A stretch of 64,000 nt of DNA, from positions 115,179 through 179,178 of the IMG/VR virus record IMGVR_UViG_3300020048_000017. The stretch is one strand, 5' to 3'. Position 1 is the stretch's first letter. Each line of letters begins with the position of its first letter. Below are positions 28,445-37,736 of this stretch, piece by piece. The translations under genes were made by a program, and so were the position numbers. The DNA comes from a virus. The notes below the pieces were generated by a model. It saw only the letters and a list, made by a program, of their open reading frames with translations, did not search any database and had not been told where the DNA came from.

Positions 28445-29337
28445 TAGAATTGATTGGTATCGTGTAGATATTGAAGGTCGGTAGTTTTAGCCAACTCCCC
28501 AATGCCTAATATTTTTTTAAGGATTTCTCCAAAGTCGCGGCCCTTTTTAATAAAAAGAAACTGACAGTTATCAAATTGCTGCATAAAGTCACACATTTTG
28601 CTTAAGGCTGAAAAACCACAGCTTCTACCGCCCGCGTGAGGATTCTTCCAAGAAGCCACTGCTTCAAAATCAGAGTCACAAACTATTACAAGAAATAGCC
28701 CCAATTCCTCTGCTCTCTTAAGTTCTCTTTCAAATCTATCAAAATTATCTTTTCTAGAGAATGTTCCTATGAAGTCATCTAAAGACTTCCGTTCTACGAA
28801 AACGCCATTAAAGTCACAGTAAGTAGTATAGTCTCCAACCTCAAGTTTTTCGACCCTATCAGTGAATACAGGTAATTGTTCGCGAGTGTCTGTGACAATA
28901 TCTACATCTTTTATATACGATATATCCCTGTTAGTGAGTCTCGGGCTTAAACCTATTCCATCACAGAATTGATAGTAACTACCAAAGATTTTATCTAAAC
29001 CAATAATAGAGGGGATTTTTTTGCATCGCAGCTCGGCCTGAGTAGGGGCCTTTTGAAATAATTTGTTTGAAAAGTAGGCTCTTGCCACCTGTCGAGCTTC
29101 TTCGTTACCGCTTGATGCTTTATCTTTATACCAGCACAAAGTATTTTCTTTAGAATTAAATTGCGCCGCAAAATATTGATTGAAATCTTTATACTCTATG
29201 ACCGAGTGATCCCAAAGATCAAATCTAGGGAAAAAGGTTTCATAATATTGCTTTTGAGTCTTGTCGCAACATTTCTTAAAGTGCCTATGAAACTTATTTC
29301 TAGTATCAAAGGATTTCTGACAAACTTTACATTCCAT
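28444..29337 (-). CDS. Zn-finger plus ERCC4/XPF-like nuclease
   Basis: CKVC...HFKKC N-terminus; VTDTREQ...GDYT...VERKSLDDFIGTF ERCC4 motif. Confidence 0.7.
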   Translation of the reverse strand: MECKVCQKSFDTRNKFHRHFKKCCDKTQKQYYETFFPRFDLWDHSVIEYKDFNQYFAAQFNSKENTLCWYKDKASSGNEEARQVARAYFSNKLFQKAPTQAELRCKKIPSIIGLDKIFGSYYQFCDGIGLSPRLTNRDISYIKDVDIVTDTREQLPVFTDRVEKLEVGDYTTYCDFNGVFVERKSLDDFIGTFSRKDNFDRFERELKRAEELGLFLVIVCDSDFEAVASWKNPHAGGRSCGFSALSKMCDFMQQFDNCQFLFIKKGRDFGEILKKILGIGELAKTTDLQYLHDTNQF

Positions 29338-30421
29338 CCGTTATTTCTTCTTGGCTAATTCCGTAAATAGACGCAATAACAGACTCTTCGTCCTCAAGTC
29401 TATTCATTTCGTTTTTAACGGCGGTTTCCGTAACTTTAGCAACTAGTATAGCTTTTCTTCTAGTCTCTTCTTCTTTCCAGATATCAACTAGGGAAAGGAT
29501 GGATTTATTCGCGTCCGTTTGAGCCCTTAGTCTTTCAGACCTGTTACTACTTAAAGATTTCTGCAAAGACTGGATACGTTTAACGCACTGATCAAGCTCT
29601 GTAGATTTTTTTCCATAAGCTTCCGTTAGGGTCATCTTAAGACTGGCGTCCTCGTCTTGAACGCTATTCATAATTTCATTATCTAAAATAACGAGATGCT
29701 TTTGAATTCTTTTTTCAAGAACATAGTGATACGCTAGAGAGACGCAAGATTGCAAGTCTTCAGCATTCATATCAAGCTTGTTGTAAGCGGAGGCTATAAA
29801 TTCGTTTTCGAACAAAGCCCTCTCGTCTTCAGAGGTGATCGAATTTATAAGGCTTAAAAACCGCGAATTAGAGAGGAAGGACTTTAAGTTTGCCACTTTC
29901 CTCATTTGAGATGTAGCCAAATTATCTTCCCTGAAATCAGCACTGGGATCGGAAGCATTTATCTTCGCTACTATAGAGGAGTCTTTTTTAGGAGGAACAT
30001 AGTCCTTAATCCCCGTGTCGTTGTCCATTGAAAAGGACCCAAGACCTAGTATTCTGACAAACTTTTCTACAGTTTTAACTTCCCTACTCAAGGGCGCTAG
30101 GGTGGAATCATTAAAGACTGCGCGAGCCATATCAATAGGCCTCATTAAAGATGCGTTTTTTCGAATATACTTTTGAGCGTCTTCGACAAGATCCACCGTG
30201 GGAGAATCCCGCTTCAGTTTGTCTACAAACTTTCGAACAGTATTATACTTTTCACTTCTAGCTACGATAGAAGGATCATCGTAAATTTCAATAGAGATCT
30301 GAACCAAACTAACTCCCTCCTCAAGTCTCTTTTTTATCAAAAGCTGCTGGTCTTCACTAAGCCCATAGTCGTGCTGATTGAAAAATTCTTCCAAGGACTT
30401 GATAATGGGAAACTCGCTCAT
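29327..30421 (-). CDS. Hypothetical helical protein, possible small terminase or packaging factor
   Basis: 364 aa with HTH-like N-terminus and coiled coils, two genes upstream of terL. Confidence 0.35.
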   Translation of the reverse strand: MSEFPIIKSLEEFFNQHDYGLSEDQQLLIKKRLEEGVSLVQISIEIYDDPSIVARSEKYNTVRKFVDKLKRDSPTVDLVEDAQKYIRKNASLMRPIDMARAVFNDSTLAPLSREVKTVEKFVRILGLGSFSMDNDTGIKDYVPPKKDSSIVAKINASDPSADFREDNLATSQMRKVANLKSFLSNSRFLSLINSITSEDERALFENEFIASAYNKLDMNAEDLQSCVSLAYHYVLEKRIQKHLVILDNEIMNSVQDEDASLKMTLTEAYGKKSTELDQCVKRIQSLQKSLSSNRSERLRAQTDANKSILSLVDIWKEEETRRKAILVAKVTETAVKNEMNRLEDEESVIASIYGISQEEITDGM

Positions 30422-31107
30422 TCGAAAAATATTTCTTTATCTTCAAGGATTTTTTTGGCGGTATCTATAATCTTTTTCTTGATGTTATAGATTTGTTTAT
30501 ACCCAGCTTTTCTTCCAGACTCAGATGTGGTAAAGCCTAGATGGTTAGCGACCTCTTCTTCGGAAGAACCCTCTAAGAACAGAAGCTTAAACACTAGGTA
30601 GTTACTTTTCGATAAGGTTTTTTTTAGTTCTACGTCAAACCTTGCAATAGACTCTTCAAAATTATAATTCTCGAAGTCTCCAGACAGAGAAAAGCTAACG
30701 GCTTCATCTGGATTATCTATAGAAGATGGCAGTCTTAATTCATAACCATTTTTCTTGCTTCTTTCCCAAGCTGCGTAAGTTGGGCATTCAGAGGATTTCT
30801 CGCCAGAAGGAGTCCAAGAACATAACCCAACTCCTTGATTCATTGGACACCTATTACACGGAGGTGCTAAGTTGCCATAGTTGTTTCTAACTATATTTCG
30901 GATCTGATTAGTTATAACCGTATTTAGCCAGTTCTTAAAAGGTCGACTTTGATCCCAGAGATGCCACTTATCATTTAGGTGGATCTTAAGAATTTGACTT
31001 ACGTCGTCAAAATCGATATGCGTAATGGAATTAATTTGCCATTTATTACGCCTTTTAGCGATCTCCTCTTCGATGGTCGGAAGACATTCTTCAAAAGTTT
31101 TGCTCAT
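30418..31107 (-). CDS. Phage RNA polymerase sigma factor (ECF/sigma70-like), probable late sigma
   Basis: Region 2 (DFDDVSQILKIHL...FKNWLNTVITNQIRNIVR) and region 4 HTH (FLEGSSEEEVANHLG); Cys-rich insert between them. Confidence 0.8.
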   Translation of the reverse strand: MSKTFEECLPTIEEEIAKRRNKWQINSITHIDFDDVSQILKIHLNDKWHLWDQSRPFKNWLNTVITNQIRNIVRNNYGNLAPPCNRCPMNQGVGLCSWTPSGEKSSECPTYAAWERSKKNGYELRLPSSIDNPDEAVSFSLSGDFENYNFEESIARFDVELKKTLSKSNYLVFKLLFLEGSSEEEVANHLGFTTSESGRKAGYKQIYNIKKKIIDTAKKILEDKEIFFE

Positions 31108-31559
31108 AGATCTTTAAAAGATTCTGGGTTTTCAGACTTAAGAAGAGACCCAATAGAACCTACGGAACCATTGTTGGCTTCGATCTGAACTTTTAATTTT
31201 CGAGGCTTATGTATATCAAAGAACTCTTCGTCGTCTTCATCATAGTCTTCGTCCTCGTCTGGTTCGGATATAGGGAGTTTAACGCCTCTTCTTTCAGCAA
31301 GAAGAGCTAATCTTCTTTCTTGGCGAGGGTCTACTGGTTTGGGAGTAGGTTTAAGAGCTGGTTTAGAAACTACAAGTGGAGGTTTTACAGAAACTCCCGA
31401 AGCTTGGGTAAAAGCTGAAAAAGGTGTCTTACATTTTGAGCAAGAATCTGGCTTTTTACCCGAGTAGGTATTTTTGGCCGCACAAGTTTGACAATAGATT
31501 ACTGGCATAGCTAAGTTGTTGTTACACATCTTAGTATGTTTCGTGAAACTAATGTTCAA
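31104..31559 (-). CDS. Zn-ribbon protein with an acidic tract
   Basis: CQTC...CSKC and DEDEDYDEDDEE; start uncertain. Confidence 0.55.
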   Translation of the reverse strand: MNISFTKHTKMCNNNLAMPVIYCQTCAAKNTYSGKKPDSCSKCKTPFSAFTQASGVSVKPPLVVSKPALKPTPKPVDPRQERRLALLAERRGVKLPISEPDEDEDYDEDDEEFFDIHKPRKLKVQIEANNGSVGSIGSLLKSENPESFKDL

Positions 31560-31563
31560 ATAT

Positions 31564-32271
31564 TTATCGTAAACTTTCCAGTTTTTCTACAATAAATTTA
31601 ACTAGATCCGAACGTAGAATGTCTTCTATACCGAATTCAAAAGATCTAATTCCGAAGTTTTGAGACTCTTCACAGGAAAATAAGTCTAGCATAGGTCTGA
31701 ATCCAGATTTATTTTTACCTATATCAACCTGTCTTTCATCACCACAGATAAAAACCTTATTGAAGTCACCAAGTCTAGTTAGCAACGTTTGCATTTCAGC
31801 AAAGTTAGCATTCTGACTCTCATCCACGATAATTCCTTTATTAGTAAAATGAGCGCCACGCAAGAAGTTAAAAGGCATAGCTTTAACTAACTCATTTTTC
31901 TTCAAGTATTCTATCGAGTTCTTGTTCAAGAACTCTGACAACTTATCTTCTAAAGGCATCATGTAAGGTGCGAACTTTTCTTCTTTATCACCTTTTAGGA
32001 AACCCATTGAGTTAGAGGAACTTTCCACAATAGACCGAACATAAATAATAGAATCGATCTTGCCAGCCTTAAGCATGTTTAAGCAATGATAAACAGCTAA
32101 GAAGCTTTTGGAAACCCCAGCGGGTCCGTTGACAAACATAATTTTTGTATCTTTGTCTTCAGCAATCTCGTTGAACTCCAATTGCCTTTCAGTCCAAGGA
32201 AAGTCGCTTTTAATATTGATGTTGTCCGCCTTTGGGATGGACCTGTCTTTGAAAACGTATTTCTTTCCCAT
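31564..32271 (-). CDS. phoH: PhoH family ATPase
   Basis: GPAGVSKS, MPFNFLRG, IIVDESQN, RLG...GDERQVD motifs. Confidence 0.92.
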   Translation of the reverse strand: MGKKYVFKDRSIPKADNINIKSDFPWTERQLEFNEIAEDKDTKIMFVNGPAGVSKSFLAVYHCLNMLKAGKIDSIIYVRSIVESSSNSMGFLKGDKEEKFAPYMMPLEDKLSEFLNKNSIEYLKKNELVKAMPFNFLRGAHFTNKGIIVDESQNANFAEMQTLLTRLGDFNKVFICGDERQVDIGKNKSGFRPMLDLFSCEESQNFGIRSFEFGIEDILRSDLVKFIVEKLESLR

Positions 32272-32272
32272 G

Positions 32273-32410
32273 TTATCCTAAAGATAATTTTTCTCTAAGT
32301 TTAGCTTTAGCAACTTTTTTTGCCTTTGCTTTTAGCTCTTTTAGCCTTTTTAGATTTTCCTTAGGATCAGTCGAGCCCTGAAGCTCTTTCTTGTCTTTTT
32401 CTTTTTGCAT
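32273..32410 (-). CDS. 45-aa Lys/Ala-rich basic peptide (MQKEKDKKELQGSTDPKENLKRLKELKAKAKKVAKAKLREKLSLG)
   Basis: Frame fills the gap before phoH and stops 1 nt before its ATG; absent from the ORF track. Confidence 0.4.
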   Translation of the reverse strand: MQKEKDKKELQGSTDPKENLKRLKELKAKAKKVAKAKLREKLSLG

Positions 32411-32633
32411 AAGCTCTTTTGTATTCTTTAACTTTTTCAGCGTTTTCTTTTTGCCAATTCAAAACTTGTTCAGTTTTCTGTTTAGATTTAGAAGCGTAAT
32501 TAGCACTATTCAACTCCGAGATACATCGTTTACAAAATCTTTTCTTGCCGTCTGGCGATTTAGTGTCCGTTCCGAACTTATCTAAAGAAAAGAACTCGAA
32601 ACATTTACCACACTCTTTTAAATTCTTTTCCAT
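32367..32633 (-). CDS. Orphan Zn-finger protein resembling the N-terminus of phage HNH/endonuclease VII proteins, with no nuclease domain
   Basis: CGKC...DGKKRFCKRC followed by a basic helix. Confidence 0.55.
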   Translation of the reverse strand: MEKNLKECGKCFEFFSLDKFGTDTKSPDGKKRFCKRCISELNSANYASKSKQKTEQVLNWQKENAEKVKEYKRAYAKRKRQERASGLD

Positions 32634-33172
32634 AACGACTTTTTGTAAGAAGCATCTATATTAATATACACCTTATTATGTTTGGAATCTATCCATAAAA
32701 CTCCTTCAGTAATTACTCCATTACCCGAAGTATCATTTTCATCATCAAGCTTAGTGGGAGCAAAGGAGTATTCGAAAATATCTTCCTCACCAGAGTTAAT
32801 AAGTTCCCAAGCTTCTTCTTTTTTAAAGACTGTTCCTTCTACTTCATTGACCCAAAATAAACCCTCTTCATTAATTCTTGGGTCTTTATTTGAAAATATA
32901 ATTGGCAAGTTTCTCTTAGAACAAACTTCTTCCCACTTATGAGTAAAAATAAAACATTTATTAAAAGGGTCTAATAGGACGACTTTTCCGCAAGGAGCTT
33001 TTTCGGGAAGGGTTATACAGACTTCGTCAGCTTTGAGCCAATCGGAGACCTCAGAAGGGTGAGCGTCCGTTTTAAAGGCTAGACAAAAATAAAGAAAAGA
33101 CTTTAAAGAAATAATATCTCCAAATTCATAAAACGAATCGGCTCGCCAATCTTGCATATCATAGATATACAC
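32618..33172 (-). CDS. Hypothetical protein (real start probably ATG 33157)
   Basis: First gene of the late block; the GTG start coincides with the late promoter core GTGTAT. Confidence 0.55.
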   Translation of the reverse strand: MYIYDMQDWRADSFYEFGDIISLKSFLYFCLAFKTDAHPSEVSDWLKADEVCITLPEKAPCGKVVLLDPFNKCFIFTHKWEEVCSKRNLPIIFSNKDPRINEEGLFWVNEVEGTVFKKEEAWELINSGEEDIFEYSFAPTKLDDENDTSGNGVITEGVLWIDSKHNKVYINIDASYKKSLWKRI

Positions 33173-33228
33173 GGAATCTACAAAGTGTGATCAGGAAAGA
33201 CAATCTTGCAGAATTTTACAAAAAACAT

Positions 33229-33257
33229 TTGACAAAAGAGTGTAGGGGGTCTAGGAT
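33229..33257 (+). promoter_or_regulatory. Sigma70-type early promoter TTGACA-N17-TAGGAT, back-to-back with the late block
   Basis: Located at the strand switch. Confidence 0.7.
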
Positions 33258-33275
33258 ACAGAAATTATAGAAATT

Positions 33276-33512
33276 ATGGACAAGCGAAGAAAAGTGGAAT
33301 TTCCATTTAGAACGGACGAGGGGGACGATTTGAGAATCTCTGGATATCTTGTAGACTCAGCCTATGAGACTTATTTTGACTTTAAGGAAGCGTTTTCAGA
33401 AGACGATCCTACGACATTTTTTAATGAAGACGACCTTTCAGAAAATGATTTAGAGAAATTGGTAGACGCAGCAGAAGACTTTTTAGAAAATGATGACCTC
33501 TACAGAGATTAA
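33276..33512 (+). CDS. Acidic hypothetical protein
   Basis: 78-aa ORF, first gene after the promoter. Confidence 0.65.
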   Translation: MDKRRKVEFPFRTDEGDDLRISGYLVDSAYETYFDFKEAFSEDDPTTFFNEDDLSENDLEKLVDAAEDFLENDDLYRD

Positions 33513-33732
33513 ACAACCCTTAAGCGAATTTTGCCTCTACTTAAGAGGAGATATTCCCAGTTTGGACCAAAAGGTCCAATCGTCTTTAAATTATTGCACG
33601 GCAATTCTCGAAGAAGCTGTTGCAATTCTAGAATTAGTGGAGACTTTCGAGGTCAATGGTAGTGAAGTCTTTTTAGAAGCGTTTATCAAACACTGGGAAA
33701 ACCAAATGAAAGAGATGATCGATGCGCTTTAA
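33490..33732 (+). CDS. Hypothetical protein
   Basis: 80-aa overlapping ORF. Confidence 0.55.
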   Translation: MMTSTEIKQPLSEFCLYLRGDIPSLDQKVQSSLNYCTAILEEAVAILELVETFEVNGSEVFLEAFIKHWENQMKEMIDAL

Positions 33733-34108
33733 TTTTTATGGAGGAGCCGGAAGCGGAAAGTCTACAGCGGCAGCTTGGACGTTTTCGCACATGAAAACAG
33801 AGGGTTATAATGTTGAACTCGTTTTAGAGTATATTAAAACTTGGGCCTATTTAAATAGAAACGTTCAAAGCTTTGATCAAGTATATATCTTGTCTAAACA
33901 ACTTCACTCTGAAGATCGATTAATTTACAGCGGTGTTAAGAATCTAGTGACGGACTGCCCGATAGACCTTTCTCATATTTATTCCACTTATTATAAGAAT
34001 CCTCACGAAATATCAGAGCCATTAAAAACTTTAGCCGATTATTTCGATACGAGGTTCCCTTTAATCAACATTTTTTTAAAAAGAGAAGATAAAGAATATA
34101 AAAAATAG
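33722..34108 (+). CDS. P-loop NTPase (NadR/AAA_28-like), probably C-terminally truncated
   Basis: GGAGSGKST Walker A; ELVLEYIK and LVTDCPI motifs; ends abruptly at KREDKEYKK*. Confidence 0.7.
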   Translation: MRFNFYGGAGSGKSTAAAWTFSHMKTEGYNVELVLEYIKTWAYLNRNVQSFDQVYILSKQLHSEDRLIYSGVKNLVTDCPIDLSHIYSTYYKNPHEISEPLKTLADYFDTRFPLINIFLKREDKEYKK

Positions 34109-34326
34109 CGCCGCACAAATCAAATTCAGGAATAAATCTTAAAAACGGTAATTATTCAGGTCAAAATGCTATCCCCGCCAAACTTACTAATCTTCAAACG
34201 GGTGAAACATTCGAAGGAAAAAGCTTTAATGAGTTAACAAGTAAAGCGGGGCTATATAAAGGGGCTATAAACAGGATTAAAAACATTAAAAACCACAAAA
34301 AATGGAAACTAGAAATTTTAAAATAA
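34102..34326 (+). pseudogene. Start-less remnant resembling a NUMOD1-type DNA-binding tail of a homing endonuclease
   Basis: Open frame ...LTNLQTGETFEGKSFNELTSKAGLYKGAINRIKNIKNHKKWKLEILK*, bounded upstream by TAA, no ATG. Confidence 0.45.
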
Positions 34327-34399
34327 CATTCTGCTCGACAAGGGTGGCAATCAGAACAATTAATTTAAACGAAAACAAAAGAGACGCGAGGGTAAAGAA

Positions 34400-34867
34400 A
34401 TGACAACACTTTTAATAATTTTAGCTTCGGGACCGCTCTCTTTCATTATAGGATACTGTCTAGGATCTTTAAAGAAGGTTAAAGTTGAAACAATCTCAGA
34501 ATCAGAAACCATTTTAGAAGACTTTGATCCATTGTCCCTAGTCAGAGAAAATAAAACTCTAAAAAGAGATTGTGAGGTTTTTGAGAAAGGTTTTAAAGAG
34601 TTGCGGACTTCTCATAAATTCCTCTCTTCGAAGTTCGAATTATTGCAAAAGGCCGCAAGAGAAAATAATCAAAGCTTTATAATTTACGAACTACAAAGAA
34701 TGAATTACGAAGAAGATAAAAAACCCACCATAATTGCAGTGTCTGGGTTTCACACCCCAATTTCTTCTTTTGCTTACCACGCTAAAGAAATAAACAACGG
34801 ATACTCAACAGCAATTATATATGAAAAGCCCCAACTGTCTCCTAATAGGGAAGAGATTTATTATTAA
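34400..34867 (+). CDS. Membrane-anchored coiled-coil hypothetical protein
   Basis: N-terminal hydrophobic segment. Confidence 0.6.
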   Translation: MTTLLIILASGPLSFIIGYCLGSLKKVKVETISESETILEDFDPLSLVRENKTLKRDCEVFEKGFKELRTSHKFLSSKFELLQKAARENNQSFIIYELQRMNYEEDKKPTIIAVSGFHTPISSFAYHAKEINNGYSTAIIYEKPQLSPNREEIYY

Positions 34868-34871
34868 ATTA

Positions 34872-35594
34872 TTAAATTACCAATTTGGATAGTCTAAAAG
34901 TGGCCGATCCCGAAGACATAAAAAGTCCATGACCATAAAAAGAGCCACCACCAAAAACGACGCACACATTTAGCGGTTTAACTAAAAATTCTCTAAATCT
35001 TTTTGTGACCGCAGCGTTATAGTTTCCCTTTTTGCCAAAAACAGAGAGTCATTGATCCGGCTTAAAAGGAATTTTAATAGTATGCGCCCCTCTGACCATT
35101 TCGATACCCTGTATTCCAAACCATCGATTAAATTCCCCCTCCATTGAATTATGGAGCATCACTCGGGGTGTTGCCCAAATTTCTAGACTCAGTCTTATAC
35201 TCAAAGTGAGCGTTCGGTGTCGCGGAAATAGTCGCGGTCATAATGACACTGGAATTACTCGGGGTCTTAGACCCTTTAAAAAGGTCATATTTATCCTCGG
35301 TCATCGCATAGCTAACGACAGAACCCTTTTTTGGCATATTAAAAAACCATCCAGTCCCATTATGTTTTGGGGTGTCTGGTATTTTTAAACCATACTGGAA
35401 TTCCCAGTTTTCTTTTGCGTAATCTATTAAGAATCTATTTTTTTAGGGACAAGCTTTAAGAGTTCCTCGATGTGGCCATTAATTTCTAACCAGCCTTCCC
35501 TACTGCCGTTTTGAACAATTTGGACAAGGAAAGAGGGGTGCAAAATTTGATTTAAAAATAAAATGGCAGCGATTTGTTCTTTCGTTATTTCCAT
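34872..35594 (-). pseudogene. Disrupted gene with two frameshifts and one nonsense codon
   Basis: ATG 35594; frame break at A7 (35438-35444); second break near 35150-35160; in-frame TGA at 35049-35051 within KPDQ*LSVFGKKG; ends VVFGGGSFYGHGLFMSSGSATFRLSKLVI*. Confidence 0.65.
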
Positions 35595-35595
35595 A

Positions 35596-35877
35596 TTAAA
35601 ATAGTTTAGATTCTACTTCTGCGATTAAAGCAATTCTAGCTTCGTAAGGTAGGTTTTTTGAAGCGTCAACAAGCCTTTGGGCAGAATTCTTAAAAAGAAG
35701 CTCAACCTTATCATTAATAATATTATTTACAATAGTCTCAAAATATTGAGATTCTGAGAGTTTTTGCTCTTCAAACTCCTCTTTAGTAAGTTTTGATTTA
35801 AGAAGATTATTATACTCTTCTAAAAGAGTATCCGCCGCCGCCTGTTGTTCTGTATTTAAGTTTATTGATATATTCAT
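35596..35877 (-). CDS. Small helical protein, possible fibre chaperone
   Basis: MNISINLNTEQQ... directly after the fibre-like gene. Confidence 0.5.
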   Translation of the reverse strand: MNISINLNTEQQAAADTLLEEYNNLLKSKLTKEEFEEQKLSESQYFETIVNNIINDKVELLFKNSAQRLVDASKNLPYEARIALIAEVESKLF

Positions 35878-35882
35878 TATAG

Positions 35883-37412
35883 TTAAGTCGTTGGGAAGGT
35901 TGTAACTGTTTGCGATAAACTCCACTCAGAGCGGTTCTCATAACAATAACTCGCATGAGACCTCCATCTGATCCAATAGGTAGTTTCTGGACTTAAGCTT
36001 AAAATAGTAATTGAAAAATCTGGAGTAGAATTATCAACAGTGCTGGAACCCCATGTATGCCAAGTAGAATCGTCCAAAGAGAATTGGACCTCGACAGAAT
36101 AATTAGCTCGGATACTGTTAGAACTTAACAAAATCAAAGTAGTTGAGTAAGCATCTGTGTAACCGAAGCTAGAAAAACTATTAGACGGTGGAGTTATTAA
36201 ATTCAAGTCAAAAGCCGCCGTCCATAAAGGTCCATTATTCGATGGATCAAAGACTGCGGAACTTAATTTATTACCAGATAAATGGGTATACCCATTTACA
36301 GAAAGCCCGCTCTTTACTTCCGAAAGGGCTCCCTCATTCCCTATCTCCACAGCCCCGTCACCATTAGAGCCAGACCCACCTTTAAGTATCAATTTCGCCC
36401 CAGTTCCAGTAGAAACATCGTGAGCCTTGATTGTTTGGGTTGTTGGAGTAGTGGCGTGGTTAGCCCCAAATTGAAATATACCAACACCAACAGGACTAAA
36501 CGTGTTATTAATAGTTCCTACAGATCTATTCGTAGAAAAATCTCCCCAAGTAATTTTTCCACCATAAGTATCTAAAATATGAAATCCGTCCACATGACGA
36601 AACAAAATCTGTGCAGTATTTGTATATTTAAATATTAAATTATTATCATAATGAAATAATCCGTTACCCTCTCCACAAGAAACGGAAGGGTTAGAGAAAT
36701 CCCCCGATGAAGACGCTGAAATATTTGAAACTATTAATGGTGAGTTTGCGTTATTAGCAGCATTTCTCAAAGACCACAAGCCATTAGAGTCTACGGTAAT
36801 TCTTCCTCGCAAATACATAATCAAAGCACTTGCGGCTTCGGCTTGATAACCTTGAAATTCAAATTCGTTAGCACTTCCAGACCTGAATTGCATTTTACCG
36901 TCCCCTGCATAAATCACTCCAGTAAGAAGATTTGTAAAAACCAGCTCGTCAACAGTGGTCTGTCCAGCTTTTGTGACCTTAAATTTACTAGTTCCATCAA
37001 CCTGCAAATCTAATAATAAACTTGCCGCATTACTAGCAGTATCAGTTACATTTAATTTAAATGCAGTTGGAGTTCCTGACGTACTCCAAGTTCCCGCTAA
37101 ATCTACAAGACTTTGAGCGTTAGAACCTGTTAACGAGAACCCAGAAAACGCTAAGAGAGCAGTGTTCGCATTAGGAGCAGAAATGGTTAATTTTTTTAAT
37201 AAAGCTTCGGAGCTAACTTCTACAGCCCCAATATCACTTGGACTCAAAACGTCGCTGCCACCTACGGCATGGTTAGTTTTATGCGCGTTTACAGGTAGGG
37301 TTTCGATTTCAACCCTTATCTCTTTCGAGCCATCTTCTGCATAGCCCACTACGAAGTCCCCCCCAGAAGGAGTTGCTTCTAAATCGAATTCTGTAAAATT
37401 TTTCTTAGCCAT
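35883..37412 (-). CDS. Tail-fibre/virion appendage-like protein with an FN3-like C-terminal domain
   Basis: Gly/Ser/Thr-rich beta repeats; LSPETTYWIRWRS...SEWS FN3-like end; behind a late-type promoter. Confidence 0.6.
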   Translation of the reverse strand: MAKKNFTEFDLEATPSGGDFVVGYAEDGSKEIRVEIETLPVNAHKTNHAVGGSDVLSPSDIGAVEVSSEALLKKLTISAPNANTALLAFSGFSLTGSNAQSLVDLAGTWSTSGTPTAFKLNVTDTASNAASLLLDLQVDGTSKFKVTKAGQTTVDELVFTNLLTGVIYAGDGKMQFRSGSANEFEFQGYQAEAASALIMYLRGRITVDSNGLWSLRNAANNANSPLIVSNISASSSGDFSNPSVSCGEGNGLFHYDNNLIFKYTNTAQILFRHVDGFHILDTYGGKITWGDFSTNRSVGTINNTFSPVGVGIFQFGANHATTPTTQTIKAHDVSTGTGAKLILKGGSGSNGDGAVEIGNEGALSEVKSGLSVNGYTHLSGNKLSSAVFDPSNNGPLWTAAFDLNLITPPSNSFSSFGYTDAYSTTLILLSSNSIRANYSVEVQFSLDDSTWHTWGSSTVDNSTPDFSITILSLSPETTYWIRWRSHASYCYENRSEWSLSQTVTTFPTT

Positions 37413-37726
37413 TAGATTAATATTAGGTCAGAGCCGTCGATAGTTTCAATGTGACCCCCATTGATTCCTTTAATATGGAAATTAGCATGGTTAGGAATCT
37501 CAGAAATAAAAGGCCTGAGACCAGCATCGTAAGGAGAAAACATTAATTCTGACCTGTTAAATAACATACACTTTTTATTAAACTCTCGCCCAATATGATT
37601 GTGAAACATTGAAAACTCCCAAGGATCAGAAGTTGTATTCCATCCGAAATCCTCGATTTGCTCTTTCCAACCTTCTAAATCCTCAGAAGAGACAATTTGG
37701 TGAAGCCTGTTATTAAAAGTGTGCAT
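37412..37726 (-). CDS. Hypothetical protein
   Basis: 104-aa first gene of the inverted cassette. Confidence 0.6.
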   Translation of the reverse strand: MHTFNNRLHQIVSSEDLEGWKEQIEDFGWNTTSDPWEFSMFHNHIGREFNKKCMLFNRSELMFSPYDAGLRPFISEIPNHANFHIKGINGGHIETIDGSDLILI

Positions 37727-37736
37727 CCTAATCTGA

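Noticed and set aside
35049-35051. TGA at an expected Trp position suggesting UGA recoding (code 4)
   Set aside because: Dozens of genes end in TGA with ATGA overlaps, the tRNA-Trp has a CCA anticodon, and the same gene has two frameshifts, so pseudogenisation is the simpler reading.
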